Positions 12,097 through 24,724 of a stretch of 64,000 nucleotides of DNA are shown in pieces. This stretch comes from Basidiobolus meristosporus CBS 931.73. Its lineage: Eukaryota; Fungi; Basidiobolomycota. The first letter of the stretch is position 1. Each line of letters begins with the position of its first letter. The notes beneath the pieces are model-generated. The model was not told the origin of the DNA. It worked only from the letters and a program-made list of their open reading frames with translations, and searched no databases. The stretch covers positions 62,001 through 126,000 of the forward strand of contig MCFE01000030.1 in assembly GCA_002104905.1 (NCBI GenBank). Reading direction: 5' to 3'. A program made the position numbers and the translations under genes.

Positions 12097-12774
12097 TTAT
12101 TTACTATGATTAAAATTGCTTTTTATACAGTGCCACCACCATTCAATTCTTCTTCCATGATACTCTGGGATTTGTAATTTCCAGCCAGCACGTCGATACC
12201 AGACCGGTTTGGCTTGAGATAAACTAATTAAGCTCCGGATAGCCTCTCTCGGCCGATCTTGAAACTGAGACAGCTTGGTAGCCGACTCAACCCACCTAGC
12301 ACGAACCTCCCCAACCAACCAGATGATCCCGAAAAGATCGTTTGAGGTGCACCTAGACAGCCATTTGAAATCATTTTTGTAAGGAACTGAGTCTATAGGG
12401 GTAGAGTTACCATCGGCAGAGACATAATCCTGGAAGACCTCTTGAAACTGGGAAGGAGTCAGTGCTTCATTGGTTCTTCCTAGAAAGGCCAAGGCCCTCT
12501 GTTGACGTCGGCTTAAAAGATAGTCGCCATCGAAAGTAGTTTCGGAGAAAGCCTCTTCCTCTCGTACAACATCGTACTGGAGCTCATCAACAGCCAGCAG
12601 TAAACTTACTATATTTGGCTCTTCCAGCTTGTAGAACCAGCAAGCGTATTTTCCAAGGACAAAGTCTTCTTTTGGACACTCTTCGAGTAGGCGTTCGTAT
12701 TTTTCCAACCTTTGGAATAGCTGAAGGGGTATCAAGGAGTCATATTTCATTTTGGAGGAAACCGGCATGTTCAA
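12097..12774 (-). CDS. Hypothetical protein (~220 aa), no family recognised
   Basis: Uninterrupted 225-codon ORF filling the gap between ALG7 and RAD2, with globular-like composition. No motif recognised. Confidence 0.5.
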   Translation of the reverse strand: MNMPVSSKMKYDSLIPLQLFQRLEKYERLLEECPKEDFVLGKYACWFYKLEEPNIVSLLLAVDELQYDVVREEEAFSETTFDGDYLLSRRQQRALAFLGRTNEALTPSQFQEVFQDYVSADGNSTPIDSVPYKNDFKWLSRCTSNDLFGIIWLVGEVRARWVESATKLSQFQDRPREAIRSLISLSQAKPVWYRRAGWKLQIPEYHGRRIEWWWHCIKSNFNHSK

Positions 12775-12944
12775 TATGCCATATTATACAGTCATCACCA
12801 TCGAACAATCATGCTGATGATTTTGACAGGAGTGAAATTGATAGTTGGCATTGCTGGATAAAATATATTTTGAATGGAACCTCTACATATAAAAGCGCAT
12901 CCCTTCCACAAGATATTGATTTAATATGATGTCCAACAAAGCAA

Positions 12945-14549
12945 TCAGCTCACAACTTCATAGAACAGTGATGCCATCTTATATCGGATGAAGAAAGAGA
13001 CAAGCGAGGCAAGTATCTGAATATATATTACGTATACTACCAACTGACGTTCATTCAATGGCCCTAACTTAACCAGAAGAAGGTTTAAGAGGGTGAAATT
13101 ATTGACTCGGACAGGAATCGCATCATCATTTCGCTCGACTCTGATCAGCCCCAGACCCTCATACATGCAAAGAAATGTCCTTCCCAAGGGCGAAATTTTG
13201 TTGAGCTCAGTATAGGTAGCCTCTAATTTTCCTAGCTGTCGATTCAGCCTTTGACGCAAGAGAAACAGGAGTTGTTGGGCTCAAGTTAATATACTCCGTT
13301 TAATTCCAATATTGGAGAAACTACCTGGGCATACGGTGTCTTGGGCAATCAACAAAATGGAATAGTTGAGGGACAGAGTAGATAAAGTTGAATATCTGCG
13401 GCAGGAAGAAGAGCAGGATAGTTTTTGTGAAATGGCCCATAATTGATACGACCGCCAATGTCATCCCAGCGAAGTAACAATATGTATCACCAACAAAAAC
13501 TCGGGCAGGCCACCTAACAATGTATTAGCATTACTGGCAGAGGTTAGACTGTTATCGGCCATACCAATTATGAAAAAGCAATGCACATGATACTCCAATG
13601 AATGGAAGCAAAAAGTAAAGCGAAATAAGATGCGTCTCTAAGGCTGGGAGGTTTGTTCCATCTAGATATAAGGAGTCGTTGATAACGACGGAGATGGCAA
13701 TAACCAGACTTTGGCCAACTTCAACGCCATTTACACCAGCGAGGATATTGATCGAGTTTGTACAGAATACAGCCAGAAGTGCCATATACAAATAGTAGAA
13801 TATTCCTGGGTTGTTAGATTGTCAATCATGCCATTTTTTCTAATGATACCACAACGATGTTACCAAGATCCAATAGCGGTCCAAACACTCCACGAAGAGG
13901 CAATGGCACCAGCACCGTGGTGACGCCTTCAGAAACATAGTAAACCACCAGCAACGGAATAGACGCCACAGTGGGTAATATGAGCTTGTAACGCCAGCGA
14001 ATATCCAACACATCATCCCCAAAGCCCAACATGACCATACTTTGTATGGTTAGAATGCCGGATAGGAAAGATCCTAGCTGTGAACAGTATACGCATATAC
14101 AGCGATGAATACTGCGTACTAGAAATGCGTAGCATATGCCCACTGACCTTATGATACGGAAACGTATGGAGCGAGAGTTTTTCTCTCTCAGACAAAACAC
14201 CTGGGAACCAGTCAACAAATGGGAAAGGTATAAATATTATCATGGTGATCAGATATATTAAGGCACAGACAACGCCCATGCTTTCAGGTCTATCAGGTAG
14301 GGGATTAGTAAATGACTAAGGCTATACTTGGAATCTTCGATTCTCTTACAGTAACGGTTTGCCTCTTTTGCACATATCCTTTCCTGACAGACCAGCTTTT
14401 AAAAAGGTGGCACTCAAACGAGGAATTAGCTCCCATGTGATTATTCCTGCCAGTACCGACAGACCCAAGGAGGCGTGCAAAGGGTCCTTCGAGGTCCAAG
14501 ATACAAAGCCAATTCCTGCCAGAACAGACAAAGTTCGGGTGGTCAGCAT
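12945..14549 (-). CDS. ALG7: UDP-GlcNAc:dolichyl-phosphate GlcNAc-1-phosphotransferase (GPT/DPAGT1), 6 exons
   Basis: Motifs [73 protein letters not shown] and NNFTLLNL, joined by five GT-AG introns. Confidence 0.95.
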
Positions 14550-14716
14550 TTATTGCAAGCTTTATGGTGTTTGAAAGTTAGTCACAAAACACAATATGCT
14601 CATAGCAGTCCTATATCCATTTCGTAGTGGCTAGATCACGTGAATTGATGATTCTTCTAGTTCACAGGCATTGTGAGCTTCGGCGATTTCGCCCATTTCA
14701 CAGTTATCACGACTTC

Positions 14717-15702
14717 ATGAGCGTCCCTTTAGCTCTGCCATTCAAGCCTACTGCTGTTAAACTAGCTTTTCAAGGAAGCGGAATCTTTCTTTACAGAAAT
14801 TCACACCTCTATCCTCGGTCAGTATGTAGTTCAAAATTGAACAGCCCTTCACCTTTCTAAAACGTTCTGTAGATATGCTTGGACCAAAGAAGAGCTTCAA
14901 ATCATGATAGAACTGTACGAAGAGCGCGAAAATAATGCAACTGATAGACGTACCGATATTGAGTTATGGAAAGATGGCTCTAAAACGTTGCGAGAAAAAG
15001 GCTTTGACAGAAAGGCATCGCAATGTATTAGTAAATGGAGGAGATTTCGACCTACATATGAGGCTAGTAACTAAATTTGCTGCTTTAACGATTCGCTTGT
15101 TTGCTAATCCTTTTTCACCATAACCTCAGAGAGCAAAAGGGACAGGAACCGAGATTAAGTATCCTTCTGAAAACAAATTAGATTTGCTTGTGGCCCCTCG
15201 AAAGCCCAACGGAAGATCAGGTTCGCGCGAATCAAGCGTAAGAGATCCATCACAACAACGACTTGATCTTCAAAGGAAACAACCGCTGAGGACGAAGGAT
15301 TGTCAGGGCTCACTTGTCTCACCAGCAACAAGTGATCTCTCCCACAAATTAGTTGAGTTGTTGCGTAGTCAACTAGAATTCCAGAATCAAATATATACGA
15401 ATATCGTTGAGGAACTTCGGAAAATTCGTGGGGAAGAGCATCAACTACGAAGTGAGTTTCTTTCCGTACTTAAGGAACTTGACTCCCAAAGTTTAGCATC
15501 AGGCTCACAAAATGCTACACACATGGCCACCAATGGATATCATGATGGGCCTACAGCTAGAACCTCTGTAGATACACCATCCAATGACCCTGATCACTCT
15601 TCAGATCACGGGATTGATGTTTTCGAAGTGGACGAAAATCTCCGCAACTTGCGAGACCATCTCTCTGCCCCGATCACACAAAAGCCTCCGCAGTCTCGCT
15701 GA
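14717..15702 (+). CDS. Trihelix / Myb-SANT-like DNA-binding protein with coiled coil; exons 14717-14817, 14873-15062, 15130-15702
   Basis: YAWTKEELQIMIELY...LWKDGSKTLREKGFDRKASQCISKWRRFRPTYE has the W...W...QC..KW trihelix pattern. Exon phases are consistent; the second intron is modelled as GC-AG. Confidence 0.75.
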
Positions 15703-16753
15703 TATCCCTATTCACACGATGTAAATAGTTGAATAAAGCTATTTTTCACCAAAATTAAGTTCTCTCTGAACAGCTCCGAGATTCATTGGCATGAGGCTCG
15801 AAGAAGCAATGCACACTGATATGAAAGAAAAACGAGTTTGAGCACCTGTGATGCATCTGAAACAGTCACTGGGCCAATCGAGTGCGCTGATGTAGGGGCC
15901 TTGAATACGCTTTGAAGAGGCCCGTGATCAAGAGACGAAGTATCGTTGGTCGCTTGGCCCACAACGAAAATGCACAAGAGACTGAGCTCCTGGATGATGC
16001 CTGTAACGATAGTGGACTACATATCAGAGCTCTGCCACCAGCCGCTGCCTCGAAAAATAGCTAATCACCGTAATCAAGTAGGTGAGATCACTTGCTGAAG
16101 CGCTGGATAGTACCTGGTTTATATGGCAACCCTATGGTGAGACAGGAAATCAGACACCTATCACAATCTATCAACTGATATATCGTATCACGCATCTTAA
16201 TAGCCTTCGAACCTTGGCAAATGTGGTTAAACCATCTGGTTCTACTTGGTTATTCTGTTACAATTCCTTTCCATTTCGTAGTTGCTGCTTGTAACCAGGA
16301 GCCACAATGTGCTAGTCTCCAACGCCTGGTTCCCATGGACTCCAGCTGAATTCCACATAATGGCTGTGATCCTCAATTCGAAGATTATATTACGTTCGAT
16401 TCAAAACACATCCGCTTGGGATTTATTAATTTAAGGTGCTGTTTGATGTTCAGATTCCAGGTATAGGAGACACCATCATCGTGTTCACACTTTTGCTTGA
16501 GGGTATGTTGACTCTACCTTTGCCTGCGTTGGACTAAATCCTGGCTCCCCTTTCGATATTATGTGATATCATCTGTATCGTTGCACACTTCGGCGTCTCT
16601 CTGAATCCAATTGGCTTAATTAATTCTTTCATTTCTATAGTATTTTATTCAATATCCAAGTAAACAGATCGAACGGCTGATCCTTTGCTTCATTCAAACT
16701 TGTCCAGCATAAAGCAGCTTTCCAGCACGTTGACCTTTACTTCACTGGTGCAT

Positions 16754-18240
16754 ATGTTCGAATTAACCGGGTCACCACAGCCTAAAAAGCCCACCTTATT
16801 TTCCAGTCTTTTTTCTTCTCCTTCAGGAGCTTCTCCTAATCCCAAGTCCAACCCGCATACAACTACAGCCCTGAATTTCACACCAGTTCTTAGCGCTGTC
16901 AACAGCCCCTCTTTGCATTTCAATTCCATAGATTTGGTTTGTGACAAGGTAGGTGCCCTACCTTACACTCTTCACAGACCTGGTTCTTATGCTCTGTCAA
17001 CGCAGATTTCTTCCATGACCACCATTATTCAGCATTTACAACTACAGCTACTACAACAACAGCAGGCCATTGACCAAATGCACGAAAGACTGCGAAGGTA
17101 TTTGTTTGTAATATTAACCTCTGGAGCCCTGATGCAAATCCTGAACTACTCTTGTATATTCCAGTTTGGACGGTTCTCCCATTCCCTCGCTCTCGATGTA
17201 AGGGGGAAACGTACACATTCTACAAACCGGACCATTAATAACCTCACTCTTCCAACCTATCTAGAACCCAAGAGCCTAACTTGCTTACCCCTCAGGTTGC
17301 GTGTACTTTCTAAAGCCTTTTCAAAGCAGCCCGTATCAATCTATGAATCTTTGCTTCCGCATAATAGTTACCGGAGCTCTCTAGGGATGCATTGTCAGAA
17401 ACAGAAGAGGAGGTGAACCAGCGCTATGAACGGATCAGCGAGGTACTCATGGGTCTTATCGACCAGGCCCAAACTGCCTTGGAGCCAGGCTTTGAACGAT
17501 CACGCATAAGTTCGATGTTTTCTCCTTCCAACTCTCCCTCACCTGGGCCATCGCGGCCATTGAGTCGTAAATGTTCTTGTTTACTGAACGGCAACTCCGG
17601 CGTTCGACAATTGGAAATACCGTATATCGTGCCGTCTCCCATACTATCCAGTAGATATCGAGATCAGAGCACGCAAACAGATTTCCCTTATACTCCGAAT
17701 AGGAGGTATTCGGACTGCCAATCGTATAGCGTAAGCAGCTGCGAGTCGGTCTTCAGCGACGAGGAAGAAGATGATGAGAGATTATTCAGAAATAGACGTG
17801 AAAGATGGGTCAATAGAAGAAAATCACATCATGAGCCTTATTCTTCGGAGGCAGAGCCCTCCGAGGAAGAATTGCACGAGTTACCGTCCCCGCGCAAGCG
17901 GTCAGCACGAAACAGCAAATTTGATCGAGATTTGGTTCGGTTGTTCACCAACTTGCTGTCTTGGGAGTCTGCTCTCTGTGAGTTACCTGAGGTGCTTGGT
18001 AGATTGTTTTTTGATATGGCCGCCCTATGTGGAGTCCTCCTGAAATTTCTTTTTGGCTTGCTCCGAGTAAGCAGGTACTCCTCAACGCCTTCAGGGACCT
18101 ATTCGTCGGAACTCAGCAAATATCTCGCGTTCCGGAAACGGAAACACAACAGCCATATGAAAAGATCGCAGCGTTCCTCCGATGAAACCAATGCATCATT
18201 AAATGTATTTACCAACATAAAAGAATTCATGTTCATCTAG
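16754..18240 (+). CDS. Hypothetical multi-exon protein: Gln-rich coiled coil, Ser/Pro-rich regions, possible C-terminal hydrophobic helix
   Basis: Four GT-AG introns link ORF 16685 (…DLVCDK|ISSMTTIIQHLQLQLLQQQQ…) to ORF 17392 (…ERISEVLMGLIDQAQTALE…). Confidence 0.6.
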
Positions 18241-18757
18241 AAGCGAGGTGATTGCAGCGGCCTCTGCAGAGCAAGATAGCAAATACATATCCGATTTCTA
18301 TCCCTATATATCATCCTAACTGGTAGCCCGCTTCTCGCATCGACCCCTGAAGATTTCATAGATTGGAAATGGGCGCACTAGAGACGAAACTCGGAACACA
18401 CATCAAGAGAACTCGTTCTTCTCTGCCCGTCAATTTATCCTCCATCCATCACTGCCTCCACTCCTCCCCACGTCGTTATTCATGATATATAGTTTATACT
18501 GAATCTCTTTACCTGCTGCACGTCACAAGCCTTTCTCGCAACGATACTTTTATGAAAGTGGACCTTTTATTCGTTTATTCCGTATCCTGTAATATAAACA
18601 GAAATCAGCCTTTTATCTCGCCGGTATCCCAAGGGTTTTAATTGCAACCAAGTATGGTCGTAACGGGTTGTACTCAACCTGAGATGTAATAAAAATTTCA
18701 AGTGTTGATATTATAGCGATCGGCACCGTCTGGAGCACTCCGGTTGTTCTCGCTTCT

Positions 18758-20217
18758 CTACAGGCGCCTTCGGAAGGACAGCATAATGCCGCCTTTGTCC
18801 GTGTGCATGGAAATATTGGAGCTGGAGTTTTCTTCACGGAATATCCCGCTTTTGGCTGTGGTGGTGTTGGTAGAGAAGGCGATGTGTCGACCTCCGGATA
18901 TAGAAGTTCTCCCGAACTTTGTGAATAAACTGAATGTGCCACGAAATGTGTCGATCTAATTCGAAAAGTCGAAAAGTTAATGTGTTGAAGTGCACCTTTA
19001 CATTCTACTCTACTAACCACGCGGGCAGTGATGTTCCCTACGGAGGTGCCAACAGTGATATTGGGGATCGATCGCGGCAGCACCCTGAGACGACAGTCAA
19101 TGCTCCCATTCCTAGACAGTGCTTCATACGCTTGAGAGAAGCTATATGTCCCGGCGATCTCCCCAACGGAGGCGGACAACGATATATTACTGCTGCGAAT
19201 ATCCTTAAATAAGCATTTATTGCCTGCAACTGTAATACTTCGTGGTGATGACTGGATACCTCGAAGGCGATTCTTCCGTGGTCCACCCTGATGTTCAGGT
19301 TGTCGAATCGGACTTGTTTGAACGAGGCACCGTTTACTGTTCCGGCTGGCAGGCTGACATTTAGATTCTTGAGATACGAATGGACGGGCGGGAACTGGAC
19401 ACGAATGGTCGCGTTGGCCGGCTGATCTGCACTCTTGGCCTTGAAATCTAATCAGTACTCTGGTGCCTCTACGATGGGATAGCAAACAATCACATTTAAG
19501 ATCAGAAAATACCGATCACTCTCTCTGGTTTCTTGAAAGAAGAAGTGGCCACCGCCAAGATCGTGGGGAGATATATTGGACGCAATATGGGCAAATCTGG
19601 TCGGACGGCCGCGTTTTGAAGAGATCTCTACATTCGTTATCTAAAGTTGCGGGAACCTTCAGTTCGCCATACTTCTCAATCAGGCCGGCGATAAGAACTC
19701 ACCGCAGCGGTCGTATTCACAATAATAAACAGTGATCTGTATTGGGCAAGATCAATCACAAAATCCTCGAAGACCCCTCCAGGTACAGCCTCACCTTCGT
19801 TAGGGAAATGATGGGGTGAAGGAAACCACTCCTAGCAAAGTGAAGAGCATGTCTGAGTACCGGGTTACCAAGTAGATGAAGTAAGGCGAAGTTACACGGT
19901 ATATTTTCCGAACTATAAGGAGTCCAAACAACAAAGCTAAATAGGATTTCCAAGGAAAGGGAGTCCGTCGAAGAGCAGCAGCACGGTTTCCTGTGCGGAG
20001 TAGTGAATATCAGGAATGAGTAATGGCAGATGAACGATATCAATTCACCTATTCTTTCTGGGCCTCTTACTTCTCCCTCGAATGCACCCCCTACTGACCC
20101 ATAGTTGTTGTGGCCCCTCCCTGTATTTACAAGAGTTGAGTCCTCAGCCAGGAACTGCTACACTTGTTTTCACTTACCCGTAACTTTGGTGGCAATTGTA
20201 TATGGATGTTCGGACAT
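18758..20217 (-). CDS. Type II membrane protein with DUF4097/adhesin-like beta-strand repeats (multi-exon)
   Basis: Spliced model from ATG 20217: short N-tail, TM (SYLALLFGLLIV), then repeats LNVSLPAGTV, LNIRVDHGRI, ISLSASVGEI, EALSRNGSI, VGTSVGNIT, SLFTKFGRT, ISMHTDKGGI. Stop TAG at 18760-18758. Some internal splice sites are uncertain. Confidence 0.65.
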
Positions 20218-21864
20218 GTGTTTATGGCAAAATTTACAAATGAAAGGGAACAATGCCCCAAAAGGCTTATAAGCAGAGGAGTTTATGGCAGCTTGCTGCT
20301 GACTCCACAATTGGTAACAATAGTAAGCTGCATCACTCAGTAATCAAGGGGCTGCTTTGCTATAAAGCACATAGTATTGTTAGAGCAGCTTGTAAGACTC
20401 GTGTACATAACGTTCTCTGCTGGATTGGCTCTAATGACGGTTAACCTTTTTGTCAGTATAAGCAGCATGCCAAACCTCCGCTTTCATCATCTCAAGTATA
20501 GATCATATGATTTATCCCATTCAACATGAACGACCTTACAAGAGTGGGCATCAACTTGCTGAAACAACTAGAATGATGCCCGTAAATCCCCACTTAGCTA
20601 TATGCGGTGCTCTCTAAATGAGAAACCGAGACATCTGCAAATCCCCATAGACTTCGATATGTATTATGGCCAGCCAATAAGCGTGGGAAATGCCCTTTCC
20701 ATTGTTTTTTGTCGATTACAATCATCCCCTGCATCCGCCCTTCAGTAAATACGTTTGGTAAGTGCCTATATGTCAGTACCACCCAGATGTCCAACTCTCT
20801 ATATAAAGTGGTGAATGAAACTAGTTGTCGGAGAAGAATCCTCTTCGAGGTTGATCTCTGGTCCATTCATCATGAGGCTTCGATGCTGTGGAATATTCGC
20901 TCATAATTAGCGTTACCTGAAATGGAAGCGCCCTCGCCAAAATGGGAGAAACAAAATCCTTTTAGATCAGCAATTTATCCTCCCCTTTCTATATGCACTT
21001 AAAGTTGACTTGAAGCCTAAAGGCCAGCGGTTGTCTCGAATGAGCAATGTAACTCAGCTCTGCTTCAGCTACATATTCGTACCCGGCGAATTGGATTGTA
21101 AAGTCTGTTTCCCAGTGTCCCTAGCCAAAACCAGAGACGGTTACCTGTGTACTTTCCAAATCAACTTGTTGTGTATGGCGGTAGATAGATCGTACAGAAT
21201 TTCGCATCATGCTATTGTACAACTTGAGGCCATTATCTTTGGCAGTTACTCCGTCTATAACCTATCATCAATTATGCTTTGTCATTCGATGCTATTGTGC
21301 GAAAGGAATGAGACATGTGAAAATTACTATTGGGTCGCGTCTATTTGCTTGATTGACTATGCCTCAAGTAGATCATCTTAGCGAATTTTGCATTCCGAAA
21401 CGCAGCTTCACATGATCTCAATGACCTGGAATATTCTGCAAGTCTTATATATCTATTTTGGTAAGCTTGTTTCCATACTACCTTGCGTGGCACGATGACA
21501 ATTAAATGTACACAAATTTCACATGAACCCTGAGTACGAACAAAAATATTTCAATTGGTTTATAAATAAAGAAGGTCGTTTCATTCCGAATTTGGCAAGT
21601 GAATTCTTTTGATTTCCCATTACAAATAACAGTTGTTCCTACTACTTGGTTCATTAGTTTCATTTCAACTTAAAGCCTTCACTGAATTCCATTTATTTGA
21701 GCTCCTCAACTTCCTGGTTGATTTTGACATTTGAGTGTGTAAACATAAGCATAGCACTTTTTGAAACTGAAGCCTTTCGGTCGTACATATTGGACTCTGT
21801 TATACTCATAGCTGCTCACTACCTTCCGTTTCTCTGAATTGCGTTATCGACATAATCACGTTAC

Positions 21865-23050
21865 ATGGACCGCTTAGAAACTCGTAGAAGTATGGTTTCT
21901 CTTTGCTGTTCTATTAACCAAACATACGCTTACTGTTTGAGATAGATCTGGACCAAATTTCAGCACCATACCCTGAATACTCCCTGCAACCTGCACCCTT
22001 ACTTGATAGAGAAGATCAAAAAGCCTTTGACGATTTCCTACGGCAGTTCGATCTTGATACTCACGAAACCATCACGCAACCCACTTCTACTCCTTCGAAT
22101 GCCACCAGCTCGACCACACCTATTTTACCCTCCGTAGATGGTAACCCTCTATTTTGTTATGACTCCATCTGCTCCTGCCACAATCTCTAATGCAACGCCT
22201 CTACCTGAAGTTCAAGCAAAAAGCCACACTGAAACCACTGACCCCAAGCAAGCACTCACTTCCACTTGTAGGATATTATTCCTTACGTCTATTGTGATGT
22301 GCCAATAATTCATTGTAACTCAATTCCATGCTAGCTTCCGCTATAACGCCTACTCTTCCCCACACCATGTCACAGCGGGAGCAAAGTGAAGCTGGTGCTT
22401 CCACTTCCACCAATTCCTCCCCCAAGATAACCACAGTAGATGGTCAATCGGAACAACCAACGATACTATCCGATTCGCCCCAAAAATATACTGCAAAACG
22501 TAAGCATTCGGACGCGACCAATCTAGATTCGCCGCAGAAGAGCAATAATACCAGACCTCCTGGAAGAGGGAAAAAGGCACCCCATGAGCTGCTTTCGGAA
22601 AAAGAAAAGAAAGCGAACCATATCGCTTCGGAACAAAAACGGCGACAAAATATTCGGCTGGGTTTTGAGCAGCTGGTGGAGATCGTCCCGACCCTTTCTC
22701 AATGCCATCGTAGTGAATCCGCTATTTTACAAAAATGTTGGTACCTATTGATAGGTCTTTCCATCAACCGGTTTGATAACCGTTTTCATTTGCAGCCGTG
22801 GAGTATATTCACCAGTTAATAGCGCAACGGCAACAATTGAAGCAACGCATTAGAGAGCTGAGAATCTCGGCTGGAGATCCGTATGCACATTCCTCATTTA
22901 TTGTATGGTCTATTTTGGTGTTAACATTTGATTATTCTAGGTCAGATATGATTGACGACTTTTCGGTAAAGCTTTTATTGTATGTTGTTGATAATAGTAG
23001 TAACGCTAATAGCGATTGGAATACAGTCCTCCGACGAAGATATATATTAG
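21865..23050 (+). CDS. INO4: bHLH transcription factor, INO4-like (multi-exon)
   Basis: LLSEKEKKANHIASEQKRRQNIRLGFEQLVEIVPTLSQCHRSESAILQK|SVEYIHQL is the fungal Ino4-type bHLH. N-terminal PLLDREDQKAFDDFL. Modelled stop TAG at 23048-23050. Confidence 0.75.
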
Positions 23051-23779
23051 ACTTTGCAATTGACCATACGACCTTTTCTATTGTGGCTCTATGGCAGCCA
23101 TGGAGCAAATTCTCAAGTGGACCCAATGCACAAGAGAGCAGCGCAAAATCCATCTCTACCTCGGTTGTCATTTCCACTGTCCTACTTTTCAGCAGTCAAT
23201 GATTAGACAGCGTTCCGACTTCCGAGAGTACATGGACCAGTTCAAATAGATTACATTTTTTTCTTTTAATGTAACGCATTTCATTAGTCGCTTATGTAAA
23301 TCCATTTAGATTTCCGTGTTTTCCGAGAACACGACTGGCTTTAGACACCTCGTTTTGTTAATACATATATATTTTCCTGTGGCACCGTATGGTTCGGAAT
23401 TGGAATTATTTTCGAGGTACGAGCGAAGTGCTAGGATGGCTCAAAATTTTTTGGTGGTTGGATGCTTTCGAATGTCTCCTGGAGATCCCCATGCAATCTG
23501 TTTATAGTTCGATCATTGAAACCATGCTGAATCTAAACGGATCTCCCCGCATGATATGACTGAGACAAATTACTAAACAGGAACACAATCCAATTCTTGG
23601 ATCAATAGAAATATTCAATGCAACGTGAAAGGGGTGTTTACATTCTGGGTGAGGGGAGCCGAGTCTAGTCCATGTTGGGATGTGCTTGCCTTGGTATAGG
23701 GATATGATAGGTCATGGTTTGCACTGCACGTGATCTATGATTCAATCGATCCAGTTGTGATCGCCAAGACGAGTGGCGA

Positions 23780-24724
23780 TTAGTCTACTTTACGAGTTGC
23801 CGAGGAGGTAGGGCTTTCCACTGTATGTGGTGTTGCTGGTGGTTCTGGCTGTGGCCGGGTCCAGGTAACTGAGTAGGTCCATATGAACCCAATGGCCGAG
23901 ATGGCCACTAGAAACATGTTCCAAAAGAAACTGATAACATCAGCAGCGCAGCCAATACCCGGAATCCCCGGTTGTGTATTTCTCAGGGCTGGCAAGGAGA
24001 AGAGCATAGAGACACCCAAAGCCATTATGGGAGGCTGAATCTCTCGCTTCAAGAAGACAATTTGAAAGGCCAGGGTGCTGATTCCAAGAGACAGGGCCCA
24101 CATCAGAATTATCACGCAAATACTGAAGCCTTTGGTGTTGGTGGACCTTTTCACCCGGAATGTTATTACGTTTAGTTCGTCTTGAACATGGAACGTGGGC
24201 GCTGTCTCGAAATTTTGTATGTTGGCATCAAAAGCCATTGATACCGGAATGATTTCATCTTCAACTACCCCTGGACTGGTGGCGTACAACAGGAAGCTCG
24301 CCTCATAGACATCAAACGGATAATTGCGACGATTTCCAACCAAGAACGGCACAGTTAGGTCACCGCTTGGCAATAGAGCGGAGCTGTTCTGTGGGAAGGT
24401 GAATACTTTGTATAGAAAGTTGACCGATATGGCTTGGCGAAGCTTCGGCCGTGTGCCCGTTACCAAATTCCCTCTGGGGTCAAAATCAACACTGAGCTGT
24501 GACCTCAGGTTCACGGTGTCGATGGAAACGACAGTTATGGCGATGTCCAGGCGGGTATCATTGTTGGACCCATACTCGGTATTGATATATTTTGGCTCCT
24601 TTTGAATGTAAACGACAAAGATCGGTATGACAAGTGCACAAAGAAGAATGGTCGCAACTCCAGCGTAGACCAAGCGACGCAATAAAAAGCTAGGGAACCT
24701 ATCTCGGAGGCCACGTCCAAGCAT
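23780..24724 (-). CDS. DUF4436-family membrane protein, paralog A (intronless, 314 aa)
   Basis: N-terminal TM, beta-rich ectodomain with NYPFDVYEA, three C-terminal TMs and LFSLPALRNTQPGIPGIG..DVISFFW, typical of DUF4436. Confidence 0.8.
   Translation of the reverse strand: MLGRGLRDRFPSFLLRRLVYAGVATILLCALVIPIFVVYIQKEPKYINTEYGSNNDTRLDIAITVVSIDTVNLRSQLSVDFDPRGNLVTGTRPKLRQAISVNFLYKVFTFPQNSSALLPSGDLTVPFLVGNRRNYPFDVYEASFLLYATSPGVVEDEIIPVSMAFDANIQNFETAPTFHVQDELNVITFRVKRSTNTKGFSICVIILMWALSLGISTLAFQIVFLKREIQPPIMALGVSMLFSLPALRNTQPGIPGIGCAADVISFFWNMFLVAISAIGFIWTYSVTWTRPQPEPPATPHTVESPTSSATRKVD

Noticed and set aside
15158-15170. GTATCCTTC resembling a U12 GT-AG donor in the trihelix gene
   Set aside because: It lies in an open, plausible coding frame (EIKYPSENKLD), has no downstream CTTAAC branch, and no intron is needed.
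15780-16400. Possible Est1/SMG6-like relic (GLPY-NQ with a frameshift) on the minus strand
   Set aside because: A single short motif that needs a frameshift; flanking matches are too weak.
19205-19265. Minus-strand intron starting GTATCC in the DUF4097-like gene as a possible U12 intron
   Set aside because: Donor continues AGT rather than TT and there is no U12 branch motif; treated as U2.
18613-19485. 290-aa ORF from the track as a single protein
   Set aside because: It is a chimera of an off-frame stretch, one true exon and introns; the spliced model is more coherent.
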